From Nitrosococcus oceani ATCC 19707 (GTDB lineage Bacteria; Pseudomonadota; Gammaproteobacteria; Nitrosococcales; Nitrosococcaceae): 32,000 bases of DNA. The notes under the pieces are model-generated. The model saw only the letters and a list, made by a program, of their open reading frames with translations, had not been told where the DNA came from and did not search any database. A program made the position numbers and the translations under genes. Every line of letters begins with the position of its first letter. Within the stretch, counting starts at the first letter, position 1. The DNA lies in assembly GCF_000012805.1 (NCBI RefSeq), contig NC_007484.1, positions 2,700,001-2,732,000 on the forward strand, in the 5' to 3' direction. Below are positions 9,311-16,001 of this stretch, in pieces.

Positions 9311-9462
9311 CTGTCTCCAGCATCGAGAGAACAGAAAATGCAGGAAATTAGTGCAAATTTCTAAGGATTATCATTAACGAGGGAAGAACGATGAGTCAAG
9401 AGAGAATGGCGGTGCTAGAGCTAAAAAATTTTCAGATATCTTCCCCAACAGGAAGGCCGCAG

Positions 9463-9816
9463 CTAAAAAATATAGCCGCGATAGATATCACAAGCGTGGG
9501 ATCCCCGCTGCAATTCTTTTACTCCTTGGGAAAAACGATCGCGCTCTTGCTGGCAGAGAGTAACTATTTCTTCATTCAGCAAAAGCAAGTGTTCTAGGCG
9601 TTGCGGCGGGAAAGAGGGCGTATCCAATCTTTGCTCCTGAGAAAAGCTATACCGCAACATTTCATCTCGCTCAAGCTGTAACTCCGCCAGCTCCTGCCAA
9701 GCACTTTCCTGGGCCTTTAAAAGCATCTTCTGACTTATGGCAAGGAGGGTATCGAGGATATCCTCGATACCCTGAGTTTCAAGAACAGAACGTTCGGTAA
9801 CAGTGCTTAAGGTCAT
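9463..9816 (-). CDS. fliT: FliT-like flagellar chaperone / small protein following fliS
   Basis: 117-aa helical ORF 17 nt downstream of fliS. The pattern LLAISQKMLLKAQESAWQELAELQLERDEML resembles the FliT N-terminal helices (L..SQ.LL..AQ...W..L). The position matches fliT/fleP in related clusters. Confidence 0.6.
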   Translation of the reverse strand: MTLSTVTERSVLETQGIEDILDTLLAISQKMLLKAQESAWQELAELQLERDEMLRYSFSQEQRLDTPSFPPQRLEHLLLLNEEIVTLCQQERDRFSQGVKELQRGSHACDIYRGYIF

Positions 9817-9833
9817 GAACTTTTACTAAAAAG

Positions 9834-10280
9834 CTAGCGAGGGTTTATGCCAGAAGAGGAAACGGCTTTGCCTCCCTCCTGGACTGCTATCGAGGTATTC
9901 ATTGTAGAAATTGCCTCCCACCCCTGTTTAATTTCACCTAAGAGGCAGGCGATTTCCTCTAAGATCGCCACATCATTACGGAGGTTAGCTTCCAGAAGAC
10001 GCCCTATAATATAGTCATAAAGACGATCTAAATTGTCAGCAATTTCAGCTCCCCGTTCTCGATTCAGGCTTGCTTGCAAACCACTGACAATATCAATGGC
10101 TTCGCCAATATTTACACCTTTCTGCGTAATATCATTACGTGCTATCGCTCCCCTGGCAACCGTAATTTTCTCTAGGGCACCTTCTAGTAACATTTGGATA
10201 AGACGGTGAGGATCAGCGGCGGTCACGGCACTTTGGGCTCCGATCTGGCGGTATTGCTGTAGTGCTCTATTTTGGATCAT
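9834..10280 (-). CDS. fliS: Flagellin-specific chaperone FliS
   Basis: 148 aa. YRQIGAQSAVTAADPHRLIQMLLEGALEKI ... NIGEAIDIVSGLQASL ... ADNLDRLYDYIIGRL is a typical FliS four-helix-bundle sequence. It lies downstream of fliD. Confidence 0.92.
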   Translation of the reverse strand: MIQNRALQQYRQIGAQSAVTAADPHRLIQMLLEGALEKITVARGAIARNDITQKGVNIGEAIDIVSGLQASLNRERGAEIADNLDRLYDYIIGRLLEANLRNDVAILEEIACLLGEIKQGWEAISTMNTSIAVQEGGKAVSSSGINPR

Positions 10281-10353
10281 GTTGGTTTCCTCATTAAAAT
10301 CATGACAATTTTATGGTTATTTAAATCAACCGTTTCAACCAAAGACGGCTGCC

Positions 10354-12387
10354 TTAGGCAGATCTATTTCCGGGTAAATTAGCGATTTGCTGACTTAAAA
10401 AACTGCTCGTTGTTTGGAGTTGTCCAAGCAGACTATCCAGTACCGTAAACTGTGCCCGGTAACGCTTCTCAATAGCATCCAAACGCTGCACCAAATCTTC
10501 CCGCTGCTCGCTGAAATCACCAATGCGATGATTTAAGCCATCAATGCGATTTTCTAAGAATCCTTCCGAATCCAGTACTTGATCCAAATAAGTATTCAGA
10601 TGGGCTGCTACTCCCCGGGAAAAGCTGATACTCCCCCGCGCTCCCGAGCTTTCTCCCAGGATCTCCAGACGAATACCTTCTGCCCTATCACTTCCAGTTA
10701 GAAAGCGACCCGAGCCTGTTGCCGCCTGAGCACCGATAGTTCCAGCCACATCTTCCCCCGCATTCCCGCTTTTAACCGTCAGACCCAAGGTTTGGGTAGT
10801 GGTCTCCGAGGGCGAAGGATCCAGTGCCAGGATTTCAACGTTAGAACCACTCCCATAACGGCTAGAACGAATTTCAAAGCGATCATTTATGAATTCAATG
10901 GTTACTTGGCTTCCGGCCCCGCTTAGAGTGGGATTAACGTTAATTTGGCTTTGGATCTCCTGGGCAAGGGCCATCCCATCATTATAGGTTTGCTGGGTCA
11001 AGGAAATCATCACGGCCTCCCCCCCATCTACCTTAAGGGTAAATTCATCATTATCAGCATCAATAGTGATGGGTGAACCGCTTCCAGAAAAGACGTTCCC
11101 CGTATATTTTCCCTGGGTTGCTGGCTGAGTAACGTTGACCGCAAATTCTCCGGCTTGGGCCTCATCGGTAGCTTCTACAAACCGCACCAACGGGTCCGAG
11201 CTGCTGCCGCCTCCTGTAAATAAACGGGCAACCGCTTCGGGATCAGATTCAACCACCTGTTGCAGCTTGCTTTCATCCAGTTTCAGGGTGCCATCCCGCT
11301 GGGTGGTAATACCAATATCGGCTAAGGTTCGATAAGGGCCAGACAGACCGGTAACAGTATCGCTAGCAACCCGCCGGAGGCGGTTTTCTATTCCGCGTAA
11401 ACTTGCATCCCCAAGCAGAGGGCCTTTTTCTTGAGTTTCCGGATTATAGGAAGAAAGAGAATTTAAGGTCTTCGCCAAACTATTAAAAGCCTCTACAAAT
11501 CCATTCACCGATTTGCTGGCTATGTGCCCATCAGCCGCCACCGTAAGTGTCGTGGGGGAATCAAGTTCAGCGCTGTTGAGCTCTAAAGTTACCCCCTCGA
11601 TCATCCCGGTAATCGTGTTTTGGGGACGAGTAACGGTCAAGCCATCGACCACTAGACGGGCATCTTGAGCGGCTACTGTCTCCGTTAAACTTTTCCCGCT
11701 CCCTGAATCTGCTCCGGTCGGATCATAAGCCAATTGAGACAGGCCACTCTCATCCAGATTATTGCCATCCTCATCGCTTACGGTAATTTCCAAGCTATTA
11801 GCGAGACCCATGGTTTGAGCGGTAAAAACCAGGCGATCCCCCGTTCCATCATTGATAATGTTAGCCTGGACTCCGATATCGGCTTCATTAACCGCATCCC
11901 GAATGCCGCTCAAACTATTATGGGCGCTATCAATAGTCACGATTTGGGCGGTTCTATCAGGATTTCCGGTAAAAGTATTGGTGTTATTGTCATAGCTACC
12001 GAAACGAAAACTCAGGGTTCCCGTCCCCAAGGCAGCGCTAGAATCGGCGAAGGCTTTGGAAGCGAGTTTTTGCGCCTGGGCTAATTGCTGAACTTCGACA
12101 CTGTAGGTGCCAGTGGCCGCTTTCGCCGCTGCCGAAGCAGTCAATAAATCCCTATTGCCAACGCTGGCCTTGATGGCCTGAAAAGCCGAAGGCGAATCAA
12201 GCTTTGAAACCGCATCCTTGAAGCTTGCCAGCTCACTCTTTAATGTGCCCATGGCGGAAAGAGTCGCTTGCATTTTTGCTTCCTGGCGGTTGAGGCGCAA
12301 TTGCTGGGGCCGCCCTTCCGCTGCCACCAATTGGTTCACCAGGCTTTCCACATCCAGCCCGGAACCGATACCTGTCGAAGTAATCAT
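10354..12387 (-). CDS. fliD: Flagellar filament cap protein FliD (long, roughly 670-aa form)
   Basis: 677 aa. The N-terminus is ITSTGIGSGLDVESLVNQLVAAEGRPQ. An IN-type motif SLSGIRDAVNEADIGVQANIINDGTGDRLVF is present. The C-terminus is RYRAQFTVLDSLLGQLQTTSSFLSQQI. Confidence 0.93.
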   Translation of the reverse strand: MITSTGIGSGLDVESLVNQLVAAEGRPQQLRLNRQEAKMQATLSAMGTLKSELASFKDAVSKLDSPSAFQAIKASVGNRDLLTASAAAKAATGTYSVEVQQLAQAQKLASKAFADSSAALGTGTLSFRFGSYDNNTNTFTGNPDRTAQIVTIDSAHNSLSGIRDAVNEADIGVQANIINDGTGDRLVFTAQTMGLANSLEITVSDEDGNNLDESGLSQLAYDPTGADSGSGKSLTETVAAQDARLVVDGLTVTRPQNTITGMIEGVTLELNSAELDSPTTLTVAADGHIASKSVNGFVEAFNSLAKTLNSLSSYNPETQEKGPLLGDASLRGIENRLRRVASDTVTGLSGPYRTLADIGITTQRDGTLKLDESKLQQVVESDPEAVARLFTGGGSSSDPLVRFVEATDEAQAGEFAVNVTQPATQGKYTGNVFSGSGSPITIDADNDEFTLKVDGGEAVMISLTQQTYNDGMALAQEIQSQINVNPTLSGAGSQVTIEFINDRFEIRSSRYGSGSNVEILALDPSPSETTTQTLGLTVKSGNAGEDVAGTIGAQAATGSGRFLTGSDRAEGIRLEILGESSGARGSISFSRGVAAHLNTYLDQVLDSEGFLENRIDGLNHRIGDFSEQREDLVQRLDAIEKRYRAQFTVLDSLLGQLQTTSSFLSQQIANLPGNRSA

Positions 12388-12450
12388 CCCTTTGCCGCTT
12401 GCCTCCTGGAAAGAATTATCTTATAGAAGCGTTTGAAACACCGAAAGCTA

Positions 12451-12849
12451 TCAAACCAAGGCTTGAATAAGCGTGCCATCGGTAATTCCTTCTCTCCCCT
12501 CTTCCGCTATCCGCTGCGCCAGCGCCATGACTTCTTCCGAAGGGACTTGCCGAATCATTTCCCCATTTTCCCTATCTATCACTTTGATCACTGTCCGGCC
12601 TGTGGCTTCATCGATACTGAATTGCAACTCCCGTCTCACAGCTTGCATAAAATCATTGATATTTTGCACGGCCTCCACCAATTGCTGCGGCCCCTCTTCC
12701 CGCTTTTCCCGCTCTTCTGTCTTAGGCTGGGGAGAGTCTGCGGCCGGTGATTGAGGCTTACTCACCGGATGAACTTTGATCTCAGTTGCCGAGGAAGGCC
12801 GCTCCGAAATGGGGGTAGGCATGAAATCTGAAGAAAGAGGGTGGCTCAT
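12451..12849 (-). CDS. flaG: FlaG family protein
   Basis: About 132 aa. The C-terminal RRELQFSIDEATGRTVIKVIDRENGEMIRQVPSEEVMALAQRI matches the FlaG core. It sits between fliC and fliD. I prefer the ATG at 12849; the track start is a TTG at 12852. Confidence 0.85.
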   Translation of the reverse strand: MSHPLSSDFMPTPISERPSSATEIKVHPVSKPQSPAADSPQPKTEEREKREEGPQQLVEAVQNINDFMQAVRRELQFSIDEATGRTVIKVIDRENGEMIRQVPSEEVMALAQRIAEEGREGITDGTLIQALV

Positions 12850-12881
12850 CAACCAGTCTCCTTATAATCTAATGGAAACCT

Positions 12882-12911
12882 CCTGTTCGGGACTGAAAAG
12901 CCCCGAACAGG
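12882..12911 (-). terminator. Stem-loop 20 nt downstream of the fliC stop (likely partial terminator, attenuator or mRNA stabiliser)
   Basis: CCTGTTCGGG (12882-12891) and CCCGAACAGG (12902-12911) form a perfect 10-bp stem with a 10-nt loop. On the minus strand it is followed by AGGTTTCCATT, which is only a weak U-tract. Confidence 0.5.
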
Positions 12912-12930
12912 ATAATGGCCTCTTTTCTTA

Positions 12931-14409
12931 CTATCTCAACAAGCTCAAAACCCCCTGAGGCAGGGAATTCGCCTGTGCCAGCATAGCGGTACCTGCCTGC
13001 TGGAGAATCTGATTGCGGGTCATTTCAGCCGTCTCGGAAGCAAAATCCGCATCCCGGATGCGGGAACGGGCAGCAGAAGTATTCTCGGAAACATTCTGTA
13101 AATTAGAAATAGTAGACTCAAAACGATTTTGCAGGGCACCTAAATCTGCCCGCTGGGTAGCGATTGAACCCAGAGCTTTATCGATAACGGACAGGGCGCT
13201 GTTGGAACCGTCCTGGCTGGAGAGATCGATTTGGGCCACCGAAGATAAGGCGGAGGTCACGCCACCCGCTCCCACCACCGTATTGCCGGTATCGCTGGTT
13301 GTGGTAAAGCTTTTATCGGACTGGAAGCTTACTTGGCCACCCACCACAATACTATCATTTGCCGTACCGGTGGCCCCATCGGTTTTGATTAAACTCTGTC
13401 CCCCTGTATCAAATGCCGCCGCGGCTGCCGCGACCCCCGTATTATCCGCATCCGAGACCAAAATATCCTCGCCTTCGGCATTTTCCAGGGTAATGGCGTC
13501 CCGGTTTTCGCTGAGCGTGGCGGTCACGCCAGTCTCGGCGCTTTGAGCATTGACGGCATCGGCCAAATTGGTCAGATCAGTGGTGGTGACCCCTGCGGAA
13601 ATCGCCGCCGCCGAGCCGCCGCCGCTGGACTGGAGGGTAAAAGAGACCGTGCCATCGGCCGCCACGTTGTCTAGGGTCACCGAAGTCTGGGCGGAGGCCG
13701 TCACGCCGGTACTCCCGGATTGTTCATTGACCAAATCAGCTATCGCCTTGGCACTCTCGTTGCCTGTAAGCGCTACCATCTTAGAGCCCGTGGAACCATT
13801 GACGGTTATATTCTGGGCAGCTACGGTATTACCGCCTGAGGTATCCGCCGCTACGGCTAGACCCGCACCTACATTGGTAATACTCTTTCCTAGCTGCTCC
13901 CCAAGAGTCGTGGCGCGGGCGCTATTAATGGAAAAACCAATGCTTTCGTTAGCATTGGCGCCAATTTGGAATTTCTGTCCCGTAAAGGAACCATCCAATA
14001 GATTTTTACCATTAAAAGTAGTGGAATCCGCAAGTCGGTTGAGTTCCGACTGTAGTTGCGATACCTCCTTTTGCAGATTGGCCCGATCCGAGTCACTGTT
14101 GGTATCATTAGCAGACTGGACGGCAAGCTCCCGCATCCGTTGCAGGATATTGCTGCTCTCCTTCAAGCCCCCCTCAGCGGTTTGGGTCACAGAAATAGCG
14201 TCATTCGCATTACGGGTCGCCTGAGCAAGGCCACGAATCTGGGAGGTCATCCGCTCCGTAATCGCCAGCCCGGCAGCATCATCCTTGGCGTTGTTAATCC
14301 GAAAACCGCTGGACAGACGTTCTAGTGAAGTCTGCAGCGCACCTTGGGAGCTATTCAAATTCCGCTGGGCATTAAGTGAGGCAATATTGGTATTGATAGT
14401 CTGAGCCAT
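12931..14409 (-). CDS. fliC: Flagellin
   Basis: 492 aa. The conserved N-terminus is AQTINTNIASLNAQRNLNSSQGALQTSLERLSSGFRINNAKDDAAGLAI and the C-terminus is ILQQAGTAMLAQANSLPQGVLSLLR. The central region is Ala/Thr/Ser/Gly-rich and variable, with two IN-type motifs. Confidence 0.97.
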   Translation of the reverse strand: MAQTINTNIASLNAQRNLNSSQGALQTSLERLSSGFRINNAKDDAAGLAITERMTSQIRGLAQATRNANDAISVTQTAEGGLKESSNILQRMRELAVQSANDTNSDSDRANLQKEVSQLQSELNRLADSTTFNGKNLLDGSFTGQKFQIGANANESIGFSINSARATTLGEQLGKSITNVGAGLAVAADTSGGNTVAAQNITVNGSTGSKMVALTGNESAKAIADLVNEQSGSTGVTASAQTSVTLDNVAADGTVSFTLQSSGGGSAAAISAGVTTTDLTNLADAVNAQSAETGVTATLSENRDAITLENAEGEDILVSDADNTGVAAAAAAFDTGGQSLIKTDGATGTANDSIVVGGQVSFQSDKSFTTTSDTGNTVVGAGGVTSALSSVAQIDLSSQDGSNSALSVIDKALGSIATQRADLGALQNRFESTISNLQNVSENTSAARSRIRDADFASETAEMTRNQILQQAGTAMLAQANSLPQGVLSLLR

Positions 14410-14591
14410 GATATCTTTCCTTTCATGTTTTGCCCGGGGCTATTCCCGGCAAGATTTGTTTCCAGCGAATAAGCGCGATAGTCACGCTTCACTCCCTAGA
14501 CATCAACGATTGGTTCTTGTGGCGTGAGCTAGGGGTTCGCCCTAACCTAGCCTCCGTCCTGTGCTAAGGTGTTTATCGCTTTCACAGAAAA

Positions 14592-14618
14592 GAATCGGCA
14601 AAGGGGGGAGGAACTTTA
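14592..14618 (-). promoter_or_regulatory. Sigma28 (FliA) promoter of fliC
   Basis: The minus strand reads TAAAGTTC-N11-GCCGATTC against the consensus TAAAGTTT-N11-GCCGATAA. This is 13 of 16 positions with exact spacing. The predicted transcription start is near 14584, giving a leader of about 175 nt. Confidence 0.8.
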
Positions 14619-14712
14619 GTGGATACCGGCAAGGATTTGCCGTTGGTAACGGGGCTTAAGAGTCAATCTGTCGACGGTTCCACAATTGTGACAGAAAGCA
14701 CGGTATTAATTT

Positions 14713-14754
14713 AAGAAAAATGGGGCGGCTGGCTTCCCGCTACTCAACTGCCCC
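14713..14754 (-). terminator. Candidate intrinsic terminator after flgL
   Basis: The minus strand reads GGGGC...(alternative GCGG/CCGC inner helix)...GCCCC followed by ATTTTTCTT. It begins 42 nt downstream of the flgL stop. The stem is short and imperfect. Confidence 0.4.
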
Positions 14755-14795
14755 TGCAAGGCATTAAGTAGCGTGTGCCCCGCGCACGAAGAGGC

Positions 14796-15998
14796 TTATA
14801 GAAAATTAAACAAGGATAATCCCTGCAAACGGGCGTAAGTCCGCTGGGCGGCCTCAAGTCCCGTTAACTGCTGGTTCAAGCGCCCAATAGCTTCAGCCAA
14901 ATCCAGATCATTAAGCGAAGATTGCTCCCTAGCCAATTGCAAGCTAGCCTCTTCATTTACTTGGCGTTCCCTATCGACGGCATTAAGGCGAGTACCCACC
15001 TCTGTCCGGACTTCCAAAATCTTGCCCATGGCTTGATCCAGATCGGTGAGGGCCCTGTTCATATCATTATGAAATCGAGCCTGGCTGGCCGTATCATTTA
15101 TTGGCCGCTCCAGAGCCTCAATAAAATGCTGGGCGATAGTGAACATATCCCGGTGAGCACTTGCATGGAGGGTGAAACTGTCTCCATCCGCGGGAATGCC
15201 GGTAATACTTACCTGGGCACCGCCAAAAGTAATCTCTTCCCCGCTAGCGAAACCACCATTAGCCACAACAGTATTCTGGGAGTCCAACACTTGGTAGGTA
15301 AGGGGATCATCAGGCGTCGCCTGGGAAAATTGCAGGGTATAATTGTCAGGAATGAAAGCTCCATTGACCGAACCGGGCGCAATCACTCCTGAACCCGTAT
15401 TTGAAGGGTTCGCTTCGGTGGCAAAAACGCCATTACCCTCGCGGATGGCTAAAAACACCTCGGAGCCAGAGTGACTATCCGCCACTTGCACCGAAGGGCC
15501 AATAGAGATCAGACGCTGGGCCTGATCCCCCTGATAAGAAACGCTTCCCCCTTCTTGAATAAAAGGCTGGGAGCGACCCTTAGCGCCAGCAAAAAGATAT
15601 TCGCCACTGGCATCTTGACTATTCGCCAGCCCTACCAGTTCGTTGAGGCGCTGCCGAACCTCTTGGGCAATGATAGCCCGATTCTCATTGTTTTGAGCGC
15701 CATTATTGGCCTGCACCGCCAGCTCCCGCACTCCCTGCAATACATTATTAACTCCCGCCAGGGCATTTTCCTCTTGGGACAAACGGGCTGTCGCCCGGTC
15801 AGCGTTTGTTTGAAACTGGGCGGTTCTCCCGGAAGCTTCACGGACTTCTAGCAAGCGGGCGGCCGCAATAGGATCATCGGCCGGCGTTTGCATACGCTCG
15901 CCACTGGCTATTTGCTGCTGGGTTTTACTTACCTGGGCTTGCTGGCGAAGCATCCCATCAATGCTTTGTTGCTGAAATAAAGAAGTGGAGATACGCAT
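14796..15998 (-). CDS. flgL: Flagellar hook-filament junction protein FlgL (HAP3)
   Basis: 400 aa. The N-terminus is flagellin-like (MRISTSLFQQQSIDGMLRQQAQVSKTQQQIASGERMQTPADDP). The C-terminus is AQRTYARLQGLSLFNFL. It lies 3 nt downstream of flgK. Confidence 0.92.
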   Translation of the reverse strand: MRISTSLFQQQSIDGMLRQQAQVSKTQQQIASGERMQTPADDPIAAARLLEVREASGRTAQFQTNADRATARLSQEENALAGVNNVLQGVRELAVQANNGAQNNENRAIIAQEVRQRLNELVGLANSQDASGEYLFAGAKGRSQPFIQEGGSVSYQGDQAQRLISIGPSVQVADSHSGSEVFLAIREGNGVFATEANPSNTGSGVIAPGSVNGAFIPDNYTLQFSQATPDDPLTYQVLDSQNTVVANGGFASGEEITFGGAQVSITGIPADGDSFTLHASAHRDMFTIAQHFIEALERPINDTASQARFHNDMNRALTDLDQAMGKILEVRTEVGTRLNAVDRERQVNEEASLQLAREQSSLNDLDLAEAIGRLNQQLTGLEAAQRTYARLQGLSLFNFL

Positions 15999-16001
15999 GG
16001 A

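Noticed and set aside
9391-9597. 68-aa plus-strand ORF with a reasonable GAGG Shine-Dalgarno sequence
   Set aside because: Two thirds of it is antisense to the 3-prime end of the fliT-like gene. It has no recognisable motifs and is likely a chance ORF.
12388-12450. Possible sigma54 element upstream of fliD (minus strand CGGTGTTTCAAACGCT)
   Set aside because: Only the GG and GC dinucleotides match. All other consensus positions differ, so it is indistinguishable from chance.
13013-14224. Two long plus-strand ORFs (177 aa and 224 aa) antisense to fliC
   Set aside because: They lie entirely inside a gene with unmistakable flagellin N- and C-termini. Their low-complexity A/S/T/V/P composition is what the reverse complement of GCN/ACN-rich flagellin codons produces. 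They have no Shine-Dalgarno sequence or promoter support.
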